Origin: a virus
Taxonomy: Duplodnaviria > Heunggongvirae > Uroviricota > Caudoviricetes
Direction: 5' to 3' (one strand)
Virus record (IMG/VR): IMGVR_UViG_2795385890_000001
Length of the DNA: 64,000 bases
Below are positions 17,142 through 25,504 of the stretch, one piece after another. The notes below the pieces were generated by a model. That model saw nothing but the letters and a program-made list of their open reading frames with translations, made no database searches and had not been told where the DNA came from. A program made the translations under genes and the position numbers. Each line of letters begins with the position of its first letter. Position 1 is the stretch's first letter.

Positions 17142-18080
17142 GTGCCTCGCGAGTACGGGCGTATGTGGTTCTCGATGTGGACCGATGAGGACTTCTGCGC
17201 GCAGGAGGTGTTCGACAAGCTCCTGTTCTGTGTGCTGATCGCACAACCGGCCATGAACTACGCCGGGGTGCAGCCGATCAACATGCGGCGCTGGCGGAAG
17301 GCCCTTCGCCAGCGCGGGCGCATACCCCAGGAGTCCGCCGTCGAGGAGGCCCTGGTCCGGCTGGAGCGCAGCCGGTACGTGTTCACCGACGAGGACACCG
17401 GGGAGACCTTGGTGCGGTCGTTCATGCGCCGAGACGAGGTCGGAAAGCAGCCCAACGTGATGCTGTCCGCGCTCCGCTCGGCGGCCCATGTGGAGTCGCC
17501 GAAACTCGCGTATGTCCTCGCCGGGGAACTGGAGCGGGTACCGCTGCCCTCCATCGCGGGCGAAAGCCCGAAGGCGTTGAAGCTCCGTGACAACTTGAAG
17601 CGGGCACACGCGGAAGCGTTGGCGCACTTGGGAACCCTTACCCAAGGGTTATCGGAACCCTTTCCTGAACCCTTTGGAGAAGGCTTTGATGAAGGGTTAC
17701 CGGAAGGGTTCACGCCACCTGGGGAAATGGAACCCTTCCCAAAACCCTTTGGAGAAGGGTTCGCGTCAGGGTCGGGTCAGGGTGAGGGTCAGGGTGTTAT
17801 CTCACCTTCCGTAGGTACCTGGTTTGGGGAGCGCTCCGCGCCGCCCCCCGAATTCTGCCCAAAGCACCCCGGCGGCACCGACGACCCGTGCCGCGCATGC
17901 CAGCGCCACCGAGAACGCCGCGAAGCCTGGGACGCCGAACGCCCCGCCCGTGAGAAAGCCGAACGCCGCGCCCGCATCGCCGCCTGCACCGAATGCGGGG
18001 GACGCGGCTGGATCGACAACGACCACGACAGCCTCCGCCGCTGCCAATGCAACCCCGAAGCACCCAAGGAGTCCGCATGA
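17142..18080 (+). CDS. Module protein A1: N-terminal DNA-binding-like domain, repeat-rich linker, C-terminal double CxxC zinc ribbon (paralog of 22296..23240)
   Basis: About 35-40% identical to A2 along its length (DEDTGETLVRSFMRRD / DEDTEELLVRSYIRND; CPKH...CTECGGRGWI / CPKH...CTRCQGGGWI). Linker PFPEPFGEGFDEGLPEGF... encoded by AACCCTT/AAGGGTT repeats. Confidence 0.55.
   Translation: MPREYGRMWFSMWTDEDFCAQEVFDKLLFCVLIAQPAMNYAGVQPINMRRWRKALRQRGRIPQESAVEEALVRLERSRYVFTDEDTGETLVRSFMRRDEVGKQPNVMLSALRSAAHVESPKLAYVLAGELERVPLPSIAGESPKALKLRDNLKRAHAEALAHLGTLTQGLSEPFPEPFGEGFDEGLPEGFTPPGEMEPFPKPFGEGFASGSGQGEGQGVISPSVGTWFGERSAPPPEFCPKHPGGTDDPCRACQRHRERREAWDAERPAREKAERRARIAACTECGGRGWIDNDHDSLRRCQCNPEAPKESA
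17637..17770. repeat. Array of 8 short direct/inverted repeats AACCCTT / AAGGGTT inside gene A1 (iteron-like)
   Basis: GGAACCCTTTCC, TGAACCCTTTGG, GAAGGGTTACC, GGAAGGGTTCAC, GGAACCCTTCCC, AAAACCCTTTGG, GAAGGGTTCGC plus CCAAGGGTTATC within about 130 bp. Confidence 0.5.
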
Positions 18081-18721
18081 CGAGCTACCCCACGAACATG
18101 ACCCTGCGCCCGATCACCGCCTGGCCGCACCAGCTCACCCAGGAACGCCGCCGCTCGAACTTCTCCGCGCAGTGGAGCGAAACCCTCAACCTGCTCGACC
18201 GGGAACTCTGGTATCTCGGGAGCGGCAGGCAGAACGCGTCAGCCGTCCTCCAGATCGCGATGCGTGAGCAAGACTTCCGCATGGACGGGATGCCCCGCGC
18301 CACAGCCAAACCCGAGCACCCCGGCGTCATCCTGAACGTCGAATCCCGCACAGGGCCACTGTCGTTCCCCTGCGACACCTTCACCAACTGGCAGGACAAC
18401 CTCCGCGCCATCGCCCTCGCGCTCGAAGCGCTCCGCAAGGTGGACCGTTACGGCGTCACCCAAACCGGGCAGCAGTACGCCGGGTGGAAGCAACTCCCTT
18501 CCGCAGGAGCTCCAGCCCCCGGAGGCCAATCCGCCGATGACGCTGAACTCCACCTCCGGCTTGCCGCTGGCGACAAAAATTCGCCGCTCGACAAGGTCTA
18601 CCGAGCCGCACGAGCTAGAGCCCACCCGGACCGCAACAGCGGGGACCGTTCCGCGTGGGACGCCGTCGAGGCCGCCGCTGCCGTGCTCCGCGCCTTCGGG
18701 CGCCTCCAGGACCAGCGGTGA
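18077..18721 (+). CDS. J-domain (DnaJ-like) protein
   Basis: C-terminus KVYRAARARAHPDRNSGDRSAWDAVEAAAAVLRAF has the J-domain helix II-HPD-helix III signature. ATGA-coupled. Confidence 0.5.
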   Translation: MTSYPTNMTLRPITAWPHQLTQERRRSNFSAQWSETLNLLDRELWYLGSGRQNASAVLQIAMREQDFRMDGMPRATAKPEHPGVILNVESRTGPLSFPCDTFTNWQDNLRAIALALEALRKVDRYGVTQTGQQYAGWKQLPSAGAPAPGGQSADDAELHLRLAAGDKNSPLDKVYRAARARAHPDRNSGDRSAWDAVEAAAAVLRAFGRLQDQR

Positions 18722-18894
18722 ACGCCCGCGACGAGGTCTGCGCCGGCAGCGGCAAGGTCCCGCTCACCCGACCGCGCAAAGGCCGCGCCTACTGCCCCAC
18801 CTGTCAGCGCTCGTACCGCATCCGCCGCGACGGCGTTATGCCACTCCACCAGAAGCAACGACCCAACCAACCAGCAGCCAAGGAGAACCGATGA
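18718..18894 (+). CDS. Small zinc-ribbon protein (58 aa)
   Basis: CAGSGKV...CPTCQRSY; GTG start coupled to the upstream stop. Confidence 0.35.
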   Translation: MNARDEVCAGSGKVPLTRPRKGRAYCPTCQRSYRIRRDGVMPLHQKQRPNQPAAKENR

Positions 18895-19505
18895 GCACCA
18901 CCACAGGACCGAACAACCACCGATGGCTGCGGAAGTGGCTCCGGCTGGAACCCCACCAGCCCATCGGCGCCGAAGGCGAACCCCCATACCTGCTGCGCTG
19001 GTACGTGATCCCGAGGAACCGCTGGCTGAACGTCTACCTCCACAAGTTCCTACGCGACGACGAAGACCGCGCCCTACACGATCACCCGTGGTGGTTCGTT
19101 TCCATCGTCCTGCGGGGCAGCTACACCGAAATGACACCCACCGGTGAGCGCCGCCGCCGCGCCGGTTCCGTCGCCTTCCGCCCGGCCAAGTGGCGGCACC
19201 GGGTCATCCTCGACAAGACCCTCCAGGAAGTCGGCGAGCTCGAAGCGGGCGGTCGGAGGCCACCGCGCGTGCGGCTATGGAACACCGGGCGCATCCCCTG
19301 CTGGACCCTGATCATCACCGGGCGGCGGAGGCGGCTCTGGGGATTCTGGTGCCGCCGACTGGTTGACACATGGTCAGCGGAAACCTACGACGATCGGGAC
19401 AGGATCGTCGCCTCCACTGACGGTCAGGTCGAGGTCGAACGATTCATCCCGTGGGATGAGTTCGGGGCCGCCGGATGCGGTGAGCCGGTCAGGAGCGACC
19501 GATGA
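18891..19505 (+). CDS. Hypothetical protein with conserved LHDHPWWF motif
   Basis: MSTTTGPNNHRWLRKWLR...LHKFLRDDEDRALHDHPWWFVSIVLRGSYTE; ATGA-coupled. Confidence 0.45.
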   Translation: MSTTTGPNNHRWLRKWLRLEPHQPIGAEGEPPYLLRWYVIPRNRWLNVYLHKFLRDDEDRALHDHPWWFVSIVLRGSYTEMTPTGERRRRAGSVAFRPAKWRHRVILDKTLQEVGELEAGGRRPPRVRLWNTGRIPCWTLIITGRRRRLWGFWCRRLVDTWSAETYDDRDRIVASTDGQVEVERFIPWDEFGAAGCGEPVRSDR

Positions 19506-19735
19506 CCCAGCCGACCCACGAAGGCGCCAGCGCCGCGCCGGAGGCCATACAAACCGCCTTCCAGGAAGGGATCGACCTCGGGCTGCAACTGGCGCGTCTG
19601 TCGCTCTCCGACGTAGCCGACTACGAGGAGACCGCCGAGGACGGCGGACCGGTCATCGCCGACCGGCTGCGCAAGTACGTGACCGTCCTATCCTCGATGC
19701 CCACGACCTACCCGCCCTACGCCGGGGCTCAATGA
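19502..19735 (+). CDS. Hypothetical small acidic protein
   Basis: ATGA-coupled ORF. Confidence 0.4.
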   Translation: MTQPTHEGASAAPEAIQTAFQEGIDLGLQLARLSLSDVADYEETAEDGGPVIADRLRKYVTVLSSMPTTYPPYAGAQ

Positions 19736-20142
19736 TGGTGGAACGGTTGTCGGAGGCTCGGATTCAGGCGCTCATTGCCTCAGAGCTGCCAGAACTGAAC
19801 GGGCAGTTCCAAGGCCATCGAACCGGATGCCAGTGCGCCGCACACTATGACGGACCATGCCCGAACGCCGCCGTCTACGTGATTGAGGCCCACGCGACCG
19901 ATGAATGCAAGGGCGACGGCGTCAACGAGTTCGGCAACTGGGTGATCTTCATGTGCCATGAATGCGCTACCCAAATGGTCATCAAAATCTGCATGGACGT
20001 AGCTTCACGCGGCCTCCACGCGATTCTCACAGGTCGCGATGAATCCCTGCGCTGCGAAACATGCGAAGCGCCGATAAGGAACCACCGGGACATCTTGCGT
20101 TCGGTACGCCCGTACGAGGAGGTGTTCCCTGATGGAGCGTGA
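19732..20142 (+). CDS. Module protein B1 (Cys-rich; paralog of 23434..23838)
   Basis: Shares ..LN.QF.G.R..CQ...H.C..P...V...H..D.C.G....EFGN.V....C..CA.....C..C.AP...I.R.VR.YEEVF with B2. Confidence 0.5.
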   Translation: MMVERLSEARIQALIASELPELNGQFQGHRTGCQCAAHYDGPCPNAAVYVIEAHATDECKGDGVNEFGNWVIFMCHECATQMVIKICMDVASRGLHAILTGRDESLRCETCEAPIRNHRDILRSVRPYEEVFPDGA

Positions 20143-20365
20143 CTGGACACCAGAACAGTTGGGGCTCTGGCGGATACGGAAATCCTTGAAGGGGGAGCGC
20201 CCGCCGTGGCCTGAGCTGCCCCCACTACCCGGCGTCATTCCGACACCCCGTTGGTGGATATGGCGGCCCGGCCAGCTGAAACCCATGGCCGCGTTCGATT
20301 CCCAGCCTGACGCACTCGGCTGCGTCTACGACATCCTGGCGATAGAGAGCAGGAGAAAGACGTGA
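20132..20365 (+). CDS. Module protein C1 (paralog of 23828..24145)
   Basis: RDWTPEQLGLWRIRKSLKGERPPW vs REWTPEQLKRWRIRKAQNGEQTPW in C2. Confidence 0.45.
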   Translation: MERDWTPEQLGLWRIRKSLKGERPPWPELPPLPGVIPTPRWWIWRPGQLKPMAAFDSQPDALGCVYDILAIESRRKT

Positions 20366-21264
20366 CCGCAATGGTATTGGTCGCACTCGCCGCCTTGGCG
20401 CTGGTCGTGTTGTGCAACGTTGCATGGCTCCTCGTCTGGAGCCGGAAGCGTGACAACCCCGGTCCGAACCGGGTTCAGGTGGCTGGCGACAACTCCACAC
20501 AGATATCCGGCACCAACATCACCATCACCGCCGTGAACGGCTCCCTCGCTGCCCACACCATCGACGGCGCCGTCACGATCGGCCAAGGGCAGGCTTCGAC
20601 ATCTCCGCTCAGGGCTGGAATCACGCGGGATGGCCGGTGCTGGGAACAGGCACCCGCATGTGCGTGTGGTTCAGAAGCGTGCCGTGGGCATCCGTCAACG
20701 ATTCAACCTGCCCTCGTTACCAATTTGTACGCCAAGAGCCTCCAGGAGGCTCTCGCCCGAGGCCCGAACGGGCTCGCCAAATCCGACACGATTCGCCCCC
20801 AGACACCGTGGGAACGGCAGCTCGCGGAACAGCAGGAAGGACCCCCGCACTTGGATGACCGCCCCGGACTGGCGGCCATCCTCGCTGGCCTGTACCGAGT
20901 CCAAAGTATCGCGGCCACTTTGAAGATGGGACCAGCCGTCCAGCACGTAGGTGAGCTTCCTGCTGGTCTGTCCTTGAAAGACAAGAACACCTTGTTCTAC
21001 GACGAGACTGAGCGGTGCGGATACCTCTGGACCGGTACACGTTTCGTTATCGAGGGTGCCGAGGCCAGACCTGAGCAACCAGCACCACCCGAGTTCCTAC
21101 TCGGCTACGCCAGCCCCATCCCGGTACGTGAGTTCAAAGCCACCTGCAGCTGCCCTCGCTGCGGCTGGGTGGATGCCCACTACCTCCACACCATAGACCT
21201 GCCCGAAGGCGCCACCATCGGCCGCGAATGCACCAACTGCAAAATGCAGTGGGGTGAGAAATGA
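20362..21264 (+). CDS. Module protein D1: N-terminal TM helix, QISGxNxTITA..GSxAAHTI segment, C-terminal CxCPRCG zinc ribbon (paralog of 24142..24753)
   Basis: Conserved blocks with D2: (V)GDNS.QI.G..ITI.A..GS.AAHTI.G.V and C(S/A)CPRCG....HY....REC..C...W. Confidence 0.5.
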   Translation: MTAMVLVALAALALVVLCNVAWLLVWSRKRDNPGPNRVQVAGDNSTQISGTNITITAVNGSLAAHTIDGAVTIGQGQASTSPLRAGITRDGRCWEQAPACACGSEACRGHPSTIQPALVTNLYAKSLQEALARGPNGLAKSDTIRPQTPWERQLAEQQEGPPHLDDRPGLAAILAGLYRVQSIAATLKMGPAVQHVGELPAGLSLKDKNTLFYDETERCGYLWTGTRFVIEGAEARPEQPAPPEFLLGYASPIPVREFKATCSCPRCGWVDAHYLHTIDLPEGATIGRECTNCKMQWGEK

Positions 21265-21695
21265 TCGCCCACACCCCGGATTCAATCTGGCTGGAACGCA
21301 ACGGGAAACGGTGGCCTATATCCTTCAACCTCTTCTATCAGAAGGATGAACTACCGACTCTCGTCCTGCTTGACACCCTCCACCCCGGAGATCGGATAGA
21401 GCTACCAGGCATCACCACAGAGAGGCCCGCTTGGGTCGATGTTGGAGTTTGGCCCCCTGGTTCTCCTGAGGGTGACAGCGGTTGGTTCATGAGGAAGACG
21501 CATCCATATCGAATCCCGATGGTGTTCAACTCGTTTGACACCTGCCCCGCCTGCGCGACGGAAACAGTCCACCTCATCGAGGTGCCCGAACTCGAAAGAT
21601 TCTGCGACACCGGCTGGGGCGGATGCCCGGTGCGCCGGTATCTCCTTCGCACCTGCATCACCTGTGCCAATTCATGGGAACAGGAGGCCACGTGA
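21261..21695 (+). CDS. Module protein E1 (zinc-binding; paralog of 24750..25202)
   Basis: Shared RNGK(R/K)WPI.F.L......L.DTLHPGD...LP...T......VWPP......W.(M/A)RKTHPYRI....F.(S/A)FDTCP.C......E.P.......RRY.LRTCITC.NSWEQ. Confidence 0.5.
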   Translation: MIAHTPDSIWLERNGKRWPISFNLFYQKDELPTLVLLDTLHPGDRIELPGITTERPAWVDVGVWPPGSPEGDSGWFMRKTHPYRIPMVFNSFDTCPACATETVHLIEVPELERFCDTGWGGCPVRRYLLRTCITCANSWEQEAT

Positions 21696-21916
21696 GCCTT
21701 TCAGTCGATCTAACGGTAAACGGGCTACTGGTCGGTCACGTGGACATCAAGTGCGTTGAGTGGAGCGATTACACGGACACCCGAGGCTACGAATATTCCG
21801 TGACTAGCAGCGACCGAGCGGAACCGGCATCCGGGAGGGTCGATCACTACCACCGCGACGGCGCCCTCGCACTCGTGCACAAGGTGCTCGCCGACTACCT
21901 CGGGGTGAGTAAATGA
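21692..21916 (+). CDS. Hypothetical protein
   Basis: GTG start overlapping the upstream stop; in frame with track ORF 21623..21916. Confidence 0.35.
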   Translation: MSLSVDLTVNGLLVGHVDIKCVEWSDYTDTRGYEYSVTSSDRAEPASGRVDHYHRDGALALVHKVLADYLGVSK

Positions 21917-22293
21917 GCCCACAACGTATCCAGCGGAAACGAGTCAAGGGCTGGAACAAACCAGAAGGCGCCATCATCGTCACCAGGCCGTCCCGATGGG
22001 GCAACCCGTTCAAGGTCGTACCCGCAGGAACAGAGCCCGGCCTATTCAGCCGCCGCCGCGAACGGGTCTGGACCGTCGAGGGTCCCGGAACGTTTTTCCA
22101 GGGCACCGGGACACGTGAATGGGCAGCCGCCTACGCGGTGCGGCTTTACCGCCGCTGGCTCCTCGGCTCCATGAAGCGCGTGGAGGACCTGGTGCCACTT
22201 CTCCGAGGCCACGACCTCTGCTGCTGGTGCCGACTCGACGCCCCCTGCCACGCGGACGTCCTACTAGAACTAGCCAACCAGAAGGAGATATAG
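21913..22293 (+). CDS. DUF4326-family phage protein
   Basis: RPSRWGNPF...LRGHDLCCWCRLDAPCHADVLLEL matches the conserved DUF4326 core. Confidence 0.5.
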   Translation: MSPQRIQRKRVKGWNKPEGAIIVTRPSRWGNPFKVVPAGTEPGLFSRRRERVWTVEGPGTFFQGTGTREWAAAYAVRLYRRWLLGSMKRVEDLVPLLRGHDLCCWCRLDAPCHADVLLELANQKEI

Positions 22294-22295
22294 CT

Positions 22296-23240
22296 GTGCC
22301 GCGCGACCATGGTCGGATTCTGACAATCATATGGCGGGACAAAGACTTTCAGCAGCGATCCGTCGAGGCGCAGCGCATGTACATGCTCCTGTTGTCGCAA
22401 CCGAATGTGAACAATGCCGGTGTCCTGCCGCTGCAACTAAGCAAGTGGGCGAAGGGCTGCGACCAGACCAGCGTCGCCGATGTACGCCGCGCTACAAACG
22501 AACTCGCCGAGCACCTCTATGTGGCATACGACGAGGACACCGAGGAACTGCTGGTCCGCTCGTACATACGCAACGACGGCGTGCTCAAGCACAAATACCT
22601 GTTCGCTAACGCTCTGAAATGCGCCCAGGCCGTCGAATCACCCAGCCTGCGTGCGGTGCTGGCGGCCGAGTTGCGGCGCACCCGTCGTGCCGATGCGGTG
22701 ACGGTCGCCAACCAGATCGACCCATCTGGCCCCGGGCCAGACGGCACCCCGACTGACCCAAGGCCGGACGACGACCCAACGCCCCCAGACAGTGACCTCG
22801 ACGGCATTTCGATGCCATCCGAAACCGACCCCAATGGCATCGAAAACCCATCGCAATCCGATGTGCCATTGGAATGCCATTCCGATGGCATCGCGATCAC
22901 TAGGGGGAAGGGGAAGGGGAGGGGGAAGGGGTCACCTTGGGTAGGTGGTTACGTTGGGGAGGCGCCCACCCGCTGCCCCAAGCACATCAACGACCCGCAC
23001 CCCCCAAACTGCCGCGACTGCATGACAGTCCGACTGGCATCCGAGGCAGCCGCCCAGGAGACAGCTGAACGTCAGAAGTCAGACCGGGCAGCAGCGCTAG
23101 CCCGACGCGAGGCGTGCACCCGCTGCCAGGGCGGCGGCTGGATCGAGGCCGACGACGGTTCCGGCGTCCTGCCCTGCACGTGCCGTAAACCCCTACAGCT
23201 CGTCCCACGACCCACCGACGACCAGAGGGTGGCCGGATGA
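22296..23240 (+). CDS. Module protein A2 (paralog of A1 17142..18080)
   Basis: See A1. GTG start 3 nt after the upstream stop. Linker PSETDPNGIENPSQSDVPLECHSDGIAITRGKGKGRGKG is encoded by ATGCCAT/ATGGCAT repeats. Confidence 0.55.
   Translation: MPRDHGRILTIIWRDKDFQQRSVEAQRMYMLLLSQPNVNNAGVLPLQLSKWAKGCDQTSVADVRRATNELAEHLYVAYDEDTEELLVRSYIRNDGVLKHKYLFANALKCAQAVESPSLRAVLAAELRRTRRADAVTVANQIDPSGPGPDGTPTDPRPDDDPTPPDSDLDGISMPSETDPNGIENPSQSDVPLECHSDGIAITRGKGKGRGKGSPWVGGYVGEAPTRCPKHINDPHPPNCRDCMTVRLASEAAAQETAERQKSDRAAALARREACTRCQGGGWIEADDGSGVLPCTCRKPLQLVPRPTDDQRVAG
22797..22895. repeat. Array of 6 short inverted repeats (A)TGCCAT / ATGGCA(T) inside gene A2 (iteron-like), followed by a GGGGAAGGGGAAGGGGAGGGGGAAGGGG run
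   Basis: ACGGCATTTCGATGCCATCC, CAATGGCATCG, GATGTGCCATTGGAATGCCATTCCGATGGCATCG. The position matches the A1 repeat array, but the repeat sequence is different. Confidence 0.5.
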
Positions 23241-23449
23241 ACGCCAGCGAGAACACGACGGCCCCTCAGCCAGAGATCTTCCACGAGTACGCGCGGCACA
23301 ACATGCTCCGGCAGATCACCCTCGCTGAGATCGACATGAAGCGGGCCACTGTTGCCATCGGAGACAAGGAGGCACAGGACCTGCTCAAGTCGGCGTCCTG
23401 GCACCTGTACGAGGCTTTCAGGGCGATTGGCGGGTGGCAGTGGCCATGA
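23237..23449 (+). CDS. Hypothetical protein
   Basis: ATGA-coupled ORF between A2 and B2. Confidence 0.4.
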   Translation: MNASENTTAPQPEIFHEYARHNMLRQITLAEIDMKRATVAIGDKEAQDLLKSASWHLYEAFRAIGGWQWP

Positions 23450-23838
23450 CCGACGGTCGGCTCACCGACGAGCAGATCGCGGCGCTTGTCGAAACCCAGC
23501 TGGTCGGACTCAATGACCAGTTCATCGGCCGACGCCCCACCTGCCAGCACCCACAACACACGTGCAAGCGGCCGGTCACCGCAGTCGTCTCGGTACACGT
23601 CCTGGACAACTGCGACGGCGAGGAGGCCGACGAGTTCGGCAACGAGGTGTTCCTGTTGTGCACGAATTGCGCACGGGCGCTGTGGATGGCGGCCCAGTGG
23701 GAGGTACGCGACCGCACCGTCGCCGCCACCCGTGCTGGCGTCATACCCATGTGCTCTACCTGCCAGGCGCCGGTGGTCAAGCCATCGCACATCGTCCGCG
23801 ATGTACGCAAATACGAGGAGGTTTTCAATGCACCGTGA
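23434..23838 (+). CDS. Module protein B2
   Basis: Paralog of B1 (see 19732..20142). Confidence 0.5.
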   Translation: MAVAMTDGRLTDEQIAALVETQLVGLNDQFIGRRPTCQHPQHTCKRPVTAVVSVHVLDNCDGEEADEFGNEVFLLCTNCARALWMAAQWEVRDRTVAATRAGVIPMCSTCQAPVVKPSHIVRDVRKYEEVFNAP

Positions 23839-24145
23839 GTGGACCCCGGAGCAGCTAAAGCGTTGGCGCATACGCAAAGCGCAGAACGGCGAACAGACAC
23901 CCTGGCAGCGCCGGGACTGGTCCGCGCTGCCCGACGACGTCCTGACCGCGTCGCCGCAATGGTGCATATGGCGGCCCTGGGAGCAACACCCCATCGCTTG
24001 CGTCGACACCCAGCAAGACGCCATACGGCACGTCATCCTCCAGTTGCAGAGCGCGTACCTACGCGCAGCTGAGCGGGAGCACCTGGAGCGACAGGGCATG
24101 GAGCTAGCACGCATCAACAACCGGCCGCGGGGGTTGGCGTCGTGA
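23828..24145 (+). CDS. Module protein C2
   Basis: Paralog of C1; in frame with track ORF 23486..24145. Confidence 0.45.
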   Translation: MHREWTPEQLKRWRIRKAQNGEQTPWQRRDWSALPDDVLTASPQWCIWRPWEQHPIACVDTQQDAIRHVILQLQSAYLRAAEREHLERQGMELARINNRPRGLAS

Positions 24146-24753
24146 GCGTGCTTCTTGAGGCCCTGGCGCTATTTATTGCGGCTAGTGGCGGATTCACCGC
24201 GTACCTGTTGTCGCTCGGGCATCGCCGACGCGGCAACCAGATCCAGATCTCCGGCGACAATTCCGTCGCGATCCAGACTGGTGGGACCATCACGGTGCAG
24301 GCCAGTAGCGGCAGCATCGCCGCCCACACCATCGTCGGCGACGTGAACGTCGGTGGTGAGCGCTGGGTCGGAGTCGAACCGAACCCACTACGGCGCGCAC
24401 TACTTGCCCGCTCCGGTCCAGGCCAACCGCTGTACATGTTCGGCGAGGTCGACTCCTACGACGAGTTGCCCGGCATGGTCAACGCAGCCACCGACCACAT
24501 CGGCAAGTGGTGGTGGGACCGCACGAGCGAGGTCGCATACCTCTGGCTCGGTCAGGGATACAAAGTCCTAGGTGCACCCGAGATAGCCAAACCGACACGG
24601 CCCGACACCTACCGCTTATCCGAGTTCGTCGCACAATGCGCCTGCCCCCGTTGCGGATTCATCAACACCCACTACATCCAGCCATGCACCCAGGACCCCG
24701 GCTCGGTTACCCGGGAGTGCACGGAGTGTGGACAGACTTGGAGGCAGCAATGA
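24142..24753 (+). CDS. Module protein D2
   Basis: Paralog of D1; shorter central region. Confidence 0.5.
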   Translation: MSVLLEALALFIAASGGFTAYLLSLGHRRRGNQIQISGDNSVAIQTGGTITVQASSGSIAAHTIVGDVNVGGERWVGVEPNPLRRALLARSGPGQPLYMFGEVDSYDELPGMVNAATDHIGKWWWDRTSEVAYLWLGQGYKVLGAPEIAKPTRPDTYRLSEFVAQCACPRCGFINTHYIQPCTQDPGSVTRECTECGQTWRQQ

Positions 24754-25202
24754 CCTATCAGACCGTTCGCCTGGACGATCAGACCACCCCAGTTGCGTTG
24801 CACCGCAACGGTAAGAAGTGGCCAATACCGTTCCGCCTGAACCTCGCACACGACGACTTCATCCGCGCCAGGCTGACCGACACCCTGCACCCCGGCGACA
24901 TCCTGGACCTGCCCTTCAACGTCACCGGCACCATAGTGGAGATCGCCGTATGGCCGCCGAAAGCCCGCGACAACGACGGCCACTGGTTCGCACGCAAGAC
25001 CCACCCATACCGAATCGCCCTGCAATTCCACGCCTTCGATACCTGCCCTCAATGCCACACCCAGGCAGCACACCAGGTCGAGATACCCGAATATGAGACG
25101 TGGTGGGACAGCCCGCTAACCGCCGACTTCCCGCACCGCAGGTACGTCCTCCGCACCTGCATCACATGCCGCAACTCATGGGAACAGGACGAGGCGCAGT
25201 GA
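24750..25202 (+). CDS. Module protein E2
   Basis: Paralog of E1. Confidence 0.5.
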   Translation: MTYQTVRLDDQTTPVALHRNGKKWPIPFRLNLAHDDFIRARLTDTLHPGDILDLPFNVTGTIVEIAVWPPKARDNDGHWFARKTHPYRIALQFHAFDTCPQCHTQAAHQVEIPEYETWWDSPLTADFPHRRYVLRTCITCRNSWEQDEAQ

Positions 25203-25504
25203 GCAGCGCAGGCGCACCGGTCCTATGCGGCTGCGGCCACTACACCCCGGACGTGGCCATGGTGTTGCAAGGCTACGGCTGGACGTGCCCCGGGTGCGGG
25301 CGCCGCTGGGTCAAACACCAGGGCCGCATCTGGTTCCTGGACCCAGGACAAGAGCTGCCCGTAACAGCCTGCCTCAAATGCGGCCAACAGATTGACGACG
25401 ACCAACGATGCATACCCGTCCTAACCGGGCCACCCGTGCCAAACGTCCTCGTACCCAACCACGACTACATCCACCTCTACTGCCTGATAGGAGTAACCCT
25501 GTGA
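25199..25504 (+). CDS. Zinc-ribbon protein
   Basis: CGCGHYTP...CPGCGRRW...CLKCGQQ; GTG start coupled to the upstream stop. Confidence 0.4.
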   Translation: MSSAGAPVLCGCGHYTPDVAMVLQGYGWTCPGCGRRWVKHQGRIWFLDPGQELPVTACLKCGQQIDDDQRCIPVLTGPPVPNVLVPNHDYIHLYCLIGVTL

